Source: Patescibacteria group bacterium
GTDB lineage: Bacteria; Patescibacteriota; Patescibacteriia; UBA2196
Direction: 5' to 3'
Assembly (NCBI GenBank): GCA_036845805.1
Contig: DAIUDD010000002.1
Location: 129,112 to 193,111 of the forward strand
Length of the DNA stretch: 64,000 nt
Shown: positions 54,466-64,000 of the stretch, one piece after another
Layout of the letters: every line of letters starts with the position of its first letter
Numbering within the stretch: position 1 is the first letter of the stretch
The notes under the pieces: generated by a model
Seen by the model: only the letters and a program-made list of their open reading frames with translations
Databases searched by the model: none
What the model was told of the DNA's origin: nothing
Position numbers and translations under genes: made by a program

Positions 54466-55332
54466 TTATATTGTTATGATTTTATTATACCACTTTTTTC
54501 GGTGCAAATAAACAACCACGGCAAGAATAATCAAAAAGATACTGACCCACTGGCCTAGGCGCAAAGTTAAAAATACTGGCTGGTGGTCAAGACGCAAAAA
54601 TTCAATAAAAAAACGCCATAAACCATAACTAAATAAATAAAGAGTCAAAATCAAACCGGGTGGCTTGTTAATGATGGCGGACTGATAAATTTTTCGGGTG
54701 AGAAAAAACAAAAAGACAAAAAGCAAAAAACAAAACAAGCTTTCATACAAAAAAAGCGGATGAAAAAATTCAAAATTAAGATAGCTGGCCGGCCGGTTAA
54801 CGGGATCAATTGGAATGCCCCATGATAAAAAAGTGGGTCGGCCAAAAATTTCCTGATTAAAATAATTACCCCAGCGGCCAAGCGCTTGGCCCAAAGCCAG
54901 GGAAGGCACGAGTAAATCCAATAAAACAAAAAAACAAGTGACAAGTGATAAGTGACAAGCGGCAGAAAAAACATTAATTTCTTTTTGGTTTTTTTTAATA
55001 AAAAAATAAATGGCGAGGACACCGCCGAGCATGGCACCATAAATTCCCAAACCGCCTTGCCAAAGAAAAAATATTTTTAAAGGCTCATGCCAATAATAAT
55101 TAAATTCAGAAAAAACATGATAAAAACGGCCGCCAAGCAGGCCAAAAATTAAAACATAAAATAATAAATCAATAATCAGGGAACTTTTGATTTTTAGGGA
55201 CTTGGTTAGGAAATAAAAAATTAAGGCGCCAAAAATTATGGCGAGAGCCATTAAAAAACCATACCAATAAATAGTAACTGGGCCAAAAGAGAAAAGGGCT
55301 GGCGTGGGATGATAAAAATGAAGAAAATTCAT
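54466..55332 (-). CDS. lgt: Prolipoprotein diacylglyceryl transferase
   Basis: 'GPVTIYWYGFLMALAIIFG...GGRFYHVF...' Lgt signature (G-x-R-x-Y/G103-like), 7 TM; internal 'gtgacaagtgataagtgacaag' micro-repeat. Confidence 0.8.
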   Translation of the reverse strand: MNFLHFYHPTPALFSFGPVTIYWYGFLMALAIIFGALIFYFLTKSLKIKSSLIIDLLFYVLIFGLLGGRFYHVFSEFNYYWHEPLKIFFLWQGGLGIYGAMLGGVLAIYFFIKKNQKEINVFSAACHLSLVTCFFVLLDLLVPSLALGQALGRWGNYFNQEIFGRPTFLSWGIPIDPVNRPASYLNFEFFHPLFLYESLFCFLLFVFLFFLTRKIYQSAIINKPPGLILTLYLFSYGLWRFFIEFLRLDHQPVFLTLRLGQWVSIFLIILAVVVYLHRKKWYNKIITI

Positions 55333-55419
55333 AAATATATTTTAACATTAAATAGCGATTAAAAAAACCACTTTAACAAAAGCGGTTTTTAAATAAATAT
55401 TTTATTTAAATTTATAAAA

Positions 55420-56337
55420 TTAAAAATTTTTCTGCACATAATCATATACTTCCAAAGCCGCGATGGCGCCTGCACCTTCCGCTACCACAATTTGCTTATA
55501 TTTACTATTAGTCACATCACCGGCAGCAAAAATTCCGGCTTGATTAGTATGGCCCAAATTATCAATTTTGATTTGGCCCAATTCATCTAAGTTAATCAAT
55601 TCTTTTAGCCAGCTGGTTTCGGCTTGATAGCCAATTTCCACAAAAACACCACTGACATTTAATTCTTGGAGCTGGCCATCTTTCTCTGCGGTCACACTGG
55701 CTAAAAAATCAGTGCCAGCTAAATTGGTAAGTTTGGTTTTGGGCCAGAGGGTGACATTTTTTAATTGTTTAATTTTTTCTTGGGTGCGTTCGTCAGCCCG
55801 AAATTTATCAGTCACTTCTAACCAATAGACTTGCGGGCAAATTTTAGCTAAAAATTCCACCGCATCAGCGCCAGAATTACCACCGCCAACCACCACCACA
55901 TTTTTATCTTTAAACAGGGGGCCGTCGCAGTTAACACAATAAGATAAACCGCGGCCATCAAATTTTTCTTCATTGGCCAAACCTAATTTTCTTTTTTTCA
56001 AACCAAAAGCCAAGATAATTGTTTTAGCAAAATAATTTTGACCATTACTTAAAGTAAGTTGCCATATTTTATCTTGCAATTTAAGGCTAGTGGCCTGATC
56101 AGTTATAATTTCTGCCCCAAAAGATTTTAATTGTTCTTGCATTTGGTAAGCCAGTCCCAAACCGCCAGTAGTTTTAATCCCAGGATAATTTTCAATTAAG
56201 ACGGTTTTACTAATCTGGCCGCCAAGTTCGGCGCCAACAACTAAAGTTTTTAAGGCGCGACGTGTCGTATAGATACCGGCCGTCAAACCCGCTGGCCCGG
56301 CACCAACAATAATAACGTCATAAATATTTTCAGACAT
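55420..56337 (-). CDS. trxB: Thioredoxin-disulfide reductase
   Basis: FAD motif 'VIIVGAGPAGLTAGIY', redox-active 'CVNCDG', NADPH motif 'VVVVGGGNSGADAV'. Confidence 0.85.
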   Translation of the reverse strand: MSENIYDVIIVGAGPAGLTAGIYTTRRALKTLVVGAELGGQISKTVLIENYPGIKTTGGLGLAYQMQEQLKSFGAEIITDQATSLKLQDKIWQLTLSNGQNYFAKTIILAFGLKKRKLGLANEEKFDGRGLSYCVNCDGPLFKDKNVVVVGGGNSGADAVEFLAKICPQVYWLEVTDKFRADERTQEKIKQLKNVTLWPKTKLTNLAGTDFLASVTAEKDGQLQELNVSGVFVEIGYQAETSWLKELINLDELGQIKIDNLGHTNQAGIFAAGDVTNSKYKQIVVAEGAGAIAALEVYDYVQKNF

Positions 56338-56340
56338 AAA

Positions 56341-57321
56341 TTAGATAAGACCGATTAATTTTTTAATTTCTTTAAAATTTTTATCAGCGATAAGGTGAGC
56401 TTGTTTCGCGCCCGCGGCTAAAATCTTAAGCAACTTTTCTGGTGATTTAAGATAGACTGCTCTTTGCGCTTGAATGGGAGCGAGAGTCTTAATAATTTCT
56501 TCTGCTAAAACTGGTTTTAGTTCGGAATATTTCAGTGTGCCTTTTTTATAATCAGCTTCAAATTTAGTAATAATTTTTTGATCACCACAAAATTCATTTA
56601 ACAAATTCAATAAATTGCGGCCGCCACTAACTTGATTTTTTCCTTGGCCACCGAGATCAGTCACCGCTGATTGAATTTTTTTACGAATCACTTCCGGACG
56701 ATCGCTTAAAGCAATATAGGAATTAACCAGAGATTTAGACATTTTTTTATCCGGGGCGTTTAGAGCCATGATTCGTTTGCCAGAACTAACTAAAGCTTGC
56801 GGCTCGGGAAAATATTGACCAAATTTTTGGTTAAAGCGTCGCGCCAAGGTGCGGGCTAATTCCAAATGTTGCAGTTGATCTTCGCCCACTGGCACCACGG
56901 AAGTTTTATAAAGCAAAATATCAGCGGCCATTAAAATCGGGTAGGTAAAAAGACCGGCATTAATATTTTCTTTTTGTCTTAATGATTTGTCTTTATATTG
57001 TGTCATTCTTTCCAGTTCGCCCATGGGAGTCAGACAATTTAGAATCCAAGACAACTCGGCGTGAGCGCTCACTTCTGATTGTACAAAAAGAATGGATTTT
57101 TTAGGATCAATGCCGACGGCTAAAATTTCCGCGGCGGTGGTTAAAATTTGCTGGCGTTTAGTTTGGGGATCAAAATTTTCTGTTAAAGAATGATAATCAA
57201 CTACGGAAAAAATTGATTGATATTGATCTTGTAATTTAACCCACTGTTTAAGCGCACCCAAATAATTGCCAAGGTGTAATTCACCAGTGGGTTGGATGCC
57301 AGAAAAAAGTATTTTTTTCAT
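56341..57321 (-). CDS. trpS: Tryptophan--tRNA ligase
   Basis: 'FSGIQPTGELHLGNYLG' (HIGH-type) and 'KMSKS' present; 326 aa. Confidence 0.9.
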   Translation of the reverse strand: MKKILFSGIQPTGELHLGNYLGALKQWVKLQDQYQSIFSVVDYHSLTENFDPQTKRQQILTTAAEILAVGIDPKKSILFVQSEVSAHAELSWILNCLTPMGELERMTQYKDKSLRQKENINAGLFTYPILMAADILLYKTSVVPVGEDQLQHLELARTLARRFNQKFGQYFPEPQALVSSGKRIMALNAPDKKMSKSLVNSYIALSDRPEVIRKKIQSAVTDLGGQGKNQVSGGRNLLNLLNEFCGDQKIITKFEADYKKGTLKYSELKPVLAEEIIKTLAPIQAQRAVYLKSPEKLLKILAAGAKQAHLIADKNFKEIKKLIGLI

Positions 57322-57334
57322 AGATTTTAATTAA

Positions 57335-57408
57335 AGGTCACGATGGGATTTGAACCCATGAATAACAGTTTTGCAGACTGTCGCCTTAGACCACTTGGCT
57401 ACGTGACC
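57335..57408 (-). tRNA. tRNA-Cys (GCA)
   Basis: GGTCACG-TA-GCCAAGTGGTCTAAGGC-G-ACAGT-CTGCAAA-ACTGT-..-ATGGG-TTCAAAT-CCCAT-CGTGACC-U. The U73 discriminator is typical of tRNA-Cys. Confidence 0.85.
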
Positions 57409-57506
57409 GTTTAATAATAGATATATCATAACCAAAATTTAACGGTTTGGCAATGTTTTTTGTTTTTACCAAAAAAATGATAAAATAATAACAAACAACG
57501 AAATTT

Positions 57507-60296
57507 ATGAGTCAGAAAAAATTTATTATTATTGATGCCAATTCACTAATTCACCGCTCGTTTCACGCCTTGCCGCCGTTAACTAATAAAGCGGGGCAGT
57601 TGGTAAATGCGGTTTACGGCTTTACAGTGATTTTACTAAAAATTTTAAAAGAGTTAAAGCCCGATTATCTGGCTTGCTGTTTTGATGTTTCGCGCGACAC
57701 TTTTCGCAAGCAAGAATATGAAGATTACAAAGCCCATCGAGTGGAACAGCCGTCAGAATTATATCAACAATTTCCTTTTATCAAACAATTGCTCGCGGCT
57801 TTTAAAATCCCGGTTTTTGAAAAACATGGCTTTGAAGCTGATGATTTAATCGGTACTTTAAGCCGCCTATCAGTAAAAGATAAACGTGATGGTAAAAATT
57901 TAAAAAATATTATTGTCAGCGGAGACCTTGATGCGCTGCAATTGGTTGACGAGCATAATGTGGTTTATACCTTAAAAAAAGGCATTTCCGAAACCATAAT
58001 TTATGATGAAAAAGCAGTTAAAGAAAGATATGGTTTTGGTCCGGAAAAAATGGTCGATTATAAGGCGCTCAGAGGTGATGCCTCTGATAATATTCCCGGA
58101 GTCAAAGGCATTGGCGAAAAAACCGCCATGGAGTTAATTAAAAATTTAGATTCTTTGGATGAGATTTATGAAACTTTGGAAAAATATAAAGATGACGAAA
58201 AAAAGTTAAAAGAATTTGGCTTAACCAAAAGTGTCAGAGAAAAATTATTAGCACAAAAAAAACAAGCCTATCAAAGCCAAAAGCTAGCTAGGATTGTTTC
58301 AGATATGCCGCTTAAGTTTGACTTGGCAGATTGCCAAGTGGAAGCTTTTAACACAGAAGAAGTGGTTAATATTCTCCAACAATTAAATTTTACTTCTTTG
58401 ATTAATAAAATACCGCAGGCAGAAAGAGTGATGTGGGAAAGACAAGGAAATATTTTTGAAAAATCCGAAATCCGAAATCCGAAATCCGAAAATAAAAATG
58501 CAAATTTAAAAAAAGGATATAATTTGATCGACGACGAGGAAAAATATGAAAAATTTATTAAGGAATTAAAAAAACAAAAAGAATTTTCCTTGGATACGGA
58601 AACCGACGGGCTTGATCCATTTCAAAATAAATTAATTGGCATTTCTTTTGCCTGGCAAAAGGGCCAGGCGGCATATATTCCGGTTGAGACTCTGACGGCG
58701 ACCGATGATTTAAAAGAATTAAAAAATATTTTAGGTGATGAAAAAATAAAAAAAATCGGGCATAATATAAAATTTGATGCAGAAGTTTTGGAAACTTTCG
58801 GGCTGCCTTTGCAAGGCATTTATTTTGATACCATGGTAGCGTCATATTTATTAAACCCAGGCAGCCGGCAACACAATTTGGACAGTTTGGCTTTTACGGA
58901 ACTCGGTTATAAAACCCAAAGTATTCAGGAATTAACTGGTGAAAAACAGGCAGATAAAATTGATTTGTCAAAAATTCCGATCCCGTTAGTAGCCAATTAT
59001 TCTTGCGAAGACGCCGAGATCAGCTGGCGGCTGTATGAAAAATTAAAACCACGGTTAAAAGAAAATATGGTCGATAGGGTTTTTAAAGAAATAGAAATGC
59101 CCTTAATTTCAATCTTGGCCGAGATGGAAAAAAATGGAATCAAGATAGATGTCATTTTTTTAAAAAAAATGAGCCAGGAATTAGGTCAAAAAATTAATAA
59201 ACTAGAGCAAAAAATCCAAAAATTGGCCCATAAAAAATTTAATGTCGCTTCACCACAACAATTAAAAGAAATTTTGTTTGATGAATTAAAAATTCCAACC
59301 CGCGGCTTAAGTCGGACTAAAACCGGCATTTCGACCGCCGCCGGTGAATTAGATAAATTAAAAGGCAATCATCCAATTATTGACTTGATTTTAGAATTTA
59401 GAGAATATACTAAATTAAAAAATACTTATCTTGACCCATTGCCAGAATTAGCTGATAAAAATAATCGAGTGCACACCTCTTTTAATCAAACCGTTACCGC
59501 TACGGGGCGCTTATCATCGACCGAACCAAATTTACAAAATATTCCAATTCGCACGGAATTAGGTAAAAAAATACGTCATGGTTTTATTGCGGAAAATGGT
59601 TATAAAATTTTAGCGGCCGATTATTCGCAAATAGAACTTCGAATTGCAGCCAGCGTTGCCCAAGACGAAAAAATGATTAATGCTTTTAATAATAAAGAAG
59701 ATATTCACACCCAAACAGCAAGTGAAATTTTTGGAATAAAAAAAGAAGCAGTGACTAGTGAAATGCGCCGGCAGGCTAAAGTGGTAAATTTTGGCATTCT
59801 TTATGGGCTCGGTCCGCGTGGCCTAGCGGAAGGCACTGGTTTGGCTTATGAAGAAGCCCAAGAATTTATTGAAAAATATTTCGCAACTTATAAAAAAATA
59901 AATGATTATATCAATCGCACCATTGCTCAAGCGAGGGCTTTTGGTTATGTGGAAACAATTTTTGGCCGCCGTCGTTATTTGCCAGAAATTGGAGCGGAGC
60001 ATCAACAGCTTAGGGCGCAAGCGGAAAGGATGGCGATTAATCACCCAATTCAAGGTACAGCGGCAGACATTATTAAAATTGCCATGTTTAAAGTTGACCA
60101 GGCAATAAAAAAACATTTTGACAATAATGAGGTGCGTATGATTTTACAAATTCACGATGAATTGGTGTTTGAGATAAAAAAAGAAAGAATAGCGGCGGCT
60201 AAAAAAATTATTGAAAAAGAAATGGTTGATTTTAAAGAAATTAAAGTTCCCTTAGCAGTAGAAATAGCAGTAGGCAATAGTTGGGGCGAGTGTTAA
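57507..60296 (+). CDS. polA: DNA polymerase I
   Basis: N-terminal 5'-3' exonuclease (FEN) domain, central 3'-5'-exo-like domain, C-terminal pol A motifs ('DYSQIELR', 'RRQAKVVNFGILYG', 'QIHDELVFE'). Internal 'ccgaaat' x3 in-frame tandem repeat. Confidence 0.9.
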   Translation: MSQKKFIIIDANSLIHRSFHALPPLTNKAGQLVNAVYGFTVILLKILKELKPDYLACCFDVSRDTFRKQEYEDYKAHRVEQPSELYQQFPFIKQLLAAFKIPVFEKHGFEADDLIGTLSRLSVKDKRDGKNLKNIIVSGDLDALQLVDEHNVVYTLKKGISETIIYDEKAVKERYGFGPEKMVDYKALRGDASDNIPGVKGIGEKTAMELIKNLDSLDEIYETLEKYKDDEKKLKEFGLTKSVREKLLAQKKQAYQSQKLARIVSDMPLKFDLADCQVEAFNTEEVVNILQQLNFTSLINKIPQAERVMWERQGNIFEKSEIRNPKSENKNANLKKGYNLIDDEEKYEKFIKELKKQKEFSLDTETDGLDPFQNKLIGISFAWQKGQAAYIPVETLTATDDLKELKNILGDEKIKKIGHNIKFDAEVLETFGLPLQGIYFDTMVASYLLNPGSRQHNLDSLAFTELGYKTQSIQELTGEKQADKIDLSKIPIPLVANYSCEDAEISWRLYEKLKPRLKENMVDRVFKEIEMPLISILAEMEKNGIKIDVIFLKKMSQELGQKINKLEQKIQKLAHKKFNVASPQQLKEILFDELKIPTRGLSRTKTGISTAAGELDKLKGNHPIIDLILEFREYTKLKNTYLDPLPELADKNNRVHTSFNQTVTATGRLSSTEPNLQNIPIRTELGKKIRHGFIAENGYKILAADYSQIELRIAASVAQDEKMINAFNNKEDIHTQTASEIFGIKKEAVTSEMRRQAKVVNFGILYGLGPRGLAEGTGLAYEEAQEFIEKYFATYKKINDYINRTIAQARAFGYVETIFGRRRYLPEIGAEHQQLRAQAERMAINHPIQGTAADIIKIAMFKVDQAIKKHFDNNEVRMILQIHDELVFEIKKERIAAAKKIIEKEMVDFKEIKVPLAVEIAVGNSWGEC

Positions 60297-60339
60297 GAGG
60301 CGATTTGACTGTTAAAAAATTTTTTGCCAAAATTAGTCC

Positions 60340-61725
60340 ATGATTAAAAAGATTAATTTTAATTCAATAGTAGTTATTGTTTTTTGCTTAGCGCTGGCCG
60401 CTGGCCTTTTTTATTTTCATAACCTAAAAAATAATCAAAAGACGTGCCGCGCTTATTTGTCAGATGAGACGCGCTGGTATGCCGAGTTTAGTTTAAAAAA
60501 TACAACTTGGAGCAATTTAAATAAGGAAGAAAAAAATTTTTTTTATCAACAAAAAATAATGCCGGAACTAGAAGAAAAATTTTGGCCGTTAATTGATCTG
60601 GTGGCAACAGTTAATACCCCCGAAGGGGTGGTTTGGTTATTAGAAACTAAAAATAGTAAAAAAATATTAGCGGAATTGCCAAAAAAATTTAAATCGGTCT
60701 TATTAGAATCAGATTTAGTCGGCTTAGCTAACAATGAAAAAAGTCTTGAGCTTATTAAAAAGAGCGGCGCCACACCCCCGGGTGATGTATCAAAATTAAT
60801 TACCAATAATTTTTTGCCCACCGCAACTCTTAATTTCTATTTTTCATCACATCAAGCACCAAAAATAAGTGCTTGGCTACCATTTGAGATTGGTGAACAA
60901 AAAAAATATGTTTTTTTGTCTTTAAATAAAAAAGATGTCTTCTGGCAATATGAGCTAAACACCAAGATTGGCGAAAAAAAGACAACCAACTCAAAATTTA
61001 ATAGTCAATTTAAAAATTGGCAAGATGAAGAAAATAAAATAAGTAAAAACATTTTTTTACAAAACGATGGGGTGTTATTAATCGCCGTAGCAAATTTGGC
61101 TGAATTATGGCCAATAGAAAATGACTTTGGAAATGAGTTTAAAAAAACAATTAATAATAAATATCCTGATATAGATATAAATAATTTTGATAAAAATTTA
61201 ATAAATGGCCCGGCTTTGATGTTGTTAGAAAAAAAACCAACGGCCAACAGTAATAATTGGTTATTGGCGGTGCAAGTAAAGGATGCAAAAGAAAAAATAA
61301 ATATTCTTAAAGAATTACTTAGTAAGATTTTGGCTTATACTTATCCCGAGGAACAGATTAAAAAATTGCCCGATGGATCAACTGCCATAAATTTGGTAGC
61401 TAATAATAAAAAATATTCTTTTCAAGCAAGCACCAACGGATTATATGAAACAACTGAGACGCCAGAAGGTGTTTGGGCGGTAATGCAAAATGGCAATTAT
61501 CTGTTATTAACTAATAAGGCGGCGCTATTAGATAAAATCTTAATTTCAGAAAAAAATAATCAAGTGCTTACAATATTGGAGCAGCCACCGTGTTTTTTTG
61601 CCACTGGTCAAGAATTCATGAAAGTCAACTTAGCAGCCCTGGAGCTAAAATTGCCGAATCAATTTTTAAGCGCTAACTTAGAAAATAATAATGGCCAGCT
61701 TAAGATAAGAGGCTGTTTAAAATAA
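60340..61725 (+). CDS. Hypothetical N-terminally anchored/secreted Lys/Asn-rich protein (461 aa)
   Basis: N-terminal TM 'IVVIVFCLALAAGLFYF'; no family recognised. Confidence 0.45.
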   Translation: MIKKINFNSIVVIVFCLALAAGLFYFHNLKNNQKTCRAYLSDETRWYAEFSLKNTTWSNLNKEEKNFFYQQKIMPELEEKFWPLIDLVATVNTPEGVVWLLETKNSKKILAELPKKFKSVLLESDLVGLANNEKSLELIKKSGATPPGDVSKLITNNFLPTATLNFYFSSHQAPKISAWLPFEIGEQKKYVFLSLNKKDVFWQYELNTKIGEKKTTNSKFNSQFKNWQDEENKISKNIFLQNDGVLLIAVANLAELWPIENDFGNEFKKTINNKYPDIDINNFDKNLINGPALMLLEKKPTANSNNWLLAVQVKDAKEKINILKELLSKILAYTYPEEQIKKLPDGSTAINLVANNKKYSFQASTNGLYETTETPEGVWAVMQNGNYLLLTNKAALLDKILISEKNNQVLTILEQPPCFFATGQEFMKVNLAALELKLPNQFLSANLENNNGQLKIRGCLK

Positions 61726-61726
61726 T

Positions 61727-62191
61727 ATGTTAAAGATAATTTTAGACACTAATGTTTTAATTAATGCCATGAATGACAATCTTTCCTATACTTGGAAAAT
61801 TATTAATTTAGTATTAAAGGGCGAAATTGAAGCTTATGCCTCAGAAAAAATTATTAAAGAATATAATTTAATTGTCGAGAGAAATATTGTAAAGAAACAA
61901 GACCGCGAACAATTAGAAAATTTTATTCAACAAGTAAATTTGATACCAGTTTATCAAAAAATTATGGCCATTGCCGATGATCCAGAAGATAATAAATTCA
62001 TTGAATGTGCGGTAGAGGCAAAAGCTGATTATATAATTTCTTCAGATAGACACTTGCTACGTCTTGGTAACTATGACAATATTAAAATTAAAGAGCCAAA
62101 AGATTTTTGGTATCTATATCAAGGCCAAAAACCAGAGGCGGATGAAGAATGGAAAGATTTTTTTAGAAATATTTTGGGAATCAATAAATAA
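61727..62191 (+). CDS. PIN-domain protein (putative VapC-like nuclease)
   Basis: 'ILDTNVLINA' N-terminal acidic motif and 'IISSDRHL' C-terminal Asp, consistent with the PIN fold; 154 aa. Confidence 0.6.
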   Translation: MLKIILDTNVLINAMNDNLSYTWKIINLVLKGEIEAYASEKIIKEYNLIVERNIVKKQDREQLENFIQQVNLIPVYQKIMAIADDPEDNKFIECAVEAKADYIISSDRHLLRLGNYDNIKIKEPKDFWYLYQGQKPEADEEWKDFFRNILGINK

Positions 62192-62343
62192 TAAAAAAAT
62201 CGTCCTCATAAAGGGGGCGGTTTTTTATTTTCCGTAGATTTATTTATAAATTTTATTAACCACCCTGTCACCCTACCGGAAAAAGGTGGGGATTATTTTT
62301 TTCCTTTGTTTCTCAATTTCTTTATTTCTTAATTTCTTATTTT

Positions 62344-63870
62344 TTATTCTACTTTTGCTCGATACTGAAGAGCTTCGGCCACATGGGCTAAAGCAATATT
62401 TTCTTCGCCGGCCAAATCAGCAATAGTGCGCGCGACTTTTAAAATCCGGTGATAACCGCGGCCAGATAAATGTAGCTGCTCCACCGCGTTATGCATTAAT
62501 TCTTGTGTCTGGCCATCAAGAAGACAAATGTCTTTGATTTCTTTGGCTGTCATTTCAGCATTAGTACTAATTTTAGTACCTTTAAAACGTAGATGTTGGC
62601 GCTCCCGAGCAGGCACAATACGACCGCGAATATTTTCTGATGATTCACTTAACTCCGCGCTGTTTAATTTATCAAATTTAAGACGCGGCACTTCAATATG
62701 TAAATCAATCCGATCTAAAAGCGGCCCAGAAATTCTTTTACGATATTTTAAAATTTGTCCCGGAGCGCAAACACAAGCGCGTTCTGGATCAGAAGCATAA
62801 CCACAAGGGCAAGGATTTTGCGAAGCAATTAAGGTGAAGCGGGCGGGGAAAGTAATAGTGCCTTGGGCGCGGGAAACGGTGACTACCCCATCTTCCAGGG
62901 GCTGGCGCAAATTTTCTAAAACCAAGCGCGGAAATTCTGGAAATTCATCCAGAAACAAAATACCTTTATGCGCTAAGCTTATTTCGCCAGGGCGGGGAAA
63001 TGCCCCGCCGCCAACCAAAGCCACGCCACTCGCAGTGTGGTGTGGGCTTCTAAACGGCCGTTCTGTGATTAAGTTGCCACCATTAATTAATTTGCCAGCC
63101 ACTGAATAGATTTTGGTCACTTCTAATACCTCGTCGCGACTTAAGGGCGGTAAAATAGTGGTCATGGCGCGCGCTAGAAGGGTTTTGCCCGAACCAGGCG
63201 GACCCGAGAGAAGCACGTTGTGACCACCAGCGGCCGCGATTTCGAGTGCACGTTTAGCGTGTTCTTGACCTTTAACATAGGCCATGTCAATCTCTTTACT
63301 ATAATCAGGTACAAATTCTTGCCAAGGCGCGGGCACAAAAGGAGTAATATTTTTTTGGCCAGTCAAATGCTCAAATAATTCTAATAAATTATCAACCGGC
63401 ATAACTTCCAAACCATCAATCAGAGAAGCTTCGGGGGCGTTGGCTAGAGGCACATAAAGGCGCGGAATGTTTTTGGCTTTAGCCATTAAAGCGATGGGTA
63501 AAATGCCAGCAATGGGACGCAAACGGCCGTCTAAAGATAACTCGCCCAAATAGATTGCTTCCTTGTCGATTTCATTTAAGGTAAGATGGCCAGCAGCCAT
63601 AATTAAAGAAAGAGCAATGGGTAAATCATAGGCCGGGCCTTCTTTACGCAAATCAGCTGGCGCTAAATTTACCACAATTTTATAACGTGGAAAATCTAAT
63701 TCACAGTTTTTAATAGCTGACCAAACTCGTTCCCGAGCTTCTTGCACCGCCGCGTCTGGCAATCCAACCACAATAAAAACACCGCCCTGACCACCGCCAA
63801 TATCTGCTTCTACTTCTACAACTTGCGCTTCTAAACCCAAGGTAGCAGCTGAAAAAATTTTTGATGACAT
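62344..63870 (-). CDS. Mg-chelatase-family AAA+ ATPase YifB/ComM
   Basis: N-terminal Lon-like domain, Walker A 'GPPGSGKTL', 'ILFLDEFPEF', C-terminal Mg-chelatase domain; 508 aa. Confidence 0.85.
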   Translation of the reverse strand: MSSKIFSAATLGLEAQVVEVEADIGGGQGGVFIVVGLPDAAVQEARERVWSAIKNCELDFPRYKIVVNLAPADLRKEGPAYDLPIALSLIMAAGHLTLNEIDKEAIYLGELSLDGRLRPIAGILPIALMAKAKNIPRLYVPLANAPEASLIDGLEVMPVDNLLELFEHLTGQKNITPFVPAPWQEFVPDYSKEIDMAYVKGQEHAKRALEIAAAGGHNVLLSGPPGSGKTLLARAMTTILPPLSRDEVLEVTKIYSVAGKLINGGNLITERPFRSPHHTASGVALVGGGAFPRPGEISLAHKGILFLDEFPEFPRLVLENLRQPLEDGVVTVSRAQGTITFPARFTLIASQNPCPCGYASDPERACVCAPGQILKYRKRISGPLLDRIDLHIEVPRLKFDKLNSAELSESSENIRGRIVPARERQHLRFKGTKISTNAEMTAKEIKDICLLDGQTQELMHNAVEQLHLSGRGYHRILKVARTIADLAGEENIALAHVAEALQYRAKVE

Positions 63871-64000
63871 ATTAAATTGTTTCTATAATTTTATTATAAC
63901 ATGTTTTGACTAAAGGTAAGGATTAGTATTAAAATAAATGCATGGAAACAACAAAAACAACAATAAATAGTATGTCTGAAGTTGATTTAATTAGATTATC

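Noticed and set aside
1-64000. CRISPR arrays, rRNA genes, transposases or integrases
   Set aside because: No regularly spaced direct repeats with unique spacers, no rRNA-like conserved stretches, and no DDE or tyrosine-recombinase-like ORF were seen. Mobile-element-like signals are limited to the repeat families, DUF559 and GIY-YIG loci described.

Overview
AT-rich (~35% GC), gene-dense bacterial window, mostly transcribed on the minus strand. Gene content and style suggest a reduced-genome bacterium, plausibly Patescibacteria/CPR; this is inference from the few strong SD sites, small proteins, Lys/Asn-rich hypotheticals and gatCA. Housekeeping genes identified: mraY, pheS, gatC-gatA, cca, FKBP PPIase, rpsT, a dCMP-deaminase/kinase/HAD/dut nucleotide module, prs, murU-like, murG, GT2/GT4/flippase glycan genes, rplS, rluD-like, HU, ymdB-rny, valS, pilT, uvrA, rnc, rpsO, glyA, folD, DsbA/glutaredoxin, infC-rpmI-rplT, ppsA, lgt, trxB, trpS, polA and a ComM/YifB ATPase. 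Eleven tRNA genes were found by hand-folding. Non-routine content: (1) a kinase gene fusing an AmgK-like anomeric sugar kinase to a RapZ C-terminal domain, in a murU/murG neighbourhood. (2) An unannotated 58-aa bacterial histone-fold (Bd0055-like) ORF. (3) At least three families of palindromic hairpin repeats, several inserted in-frame inside protein-coding genes (GT4 gene, folD, cca), resembling Rickettsia RPEs. (4) A DUF559 endonuclease gene bounded by ~35-bp GC-rich inverted repeats. (5) A GIY-YIG endonuclease gene embedded in an array of degenerate tRNA-Arg(TCT) copies with 35-bp direct repeats. (6) tRNA half-fragments next to intact tRNA-Phe, -Ile and -Ala, resembling integration scars. 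(7) A GC-rich micro-operon encoding a 48-aa membrane peptide plus a 70-aa, 11-Cys peptide. (8) TrbC/VirB2-like pilin-domain proteins, one carrying a putative LAS-type Zn hydrolase domain, next to pilT. (9) Two promoter/terminator-bounded candidate small RNAs. (10) GC-rich islands with OMP-like secreted proteins and a three-gene membrane operon. No CRISPR array, rRNA or recognisable transposase was seen.
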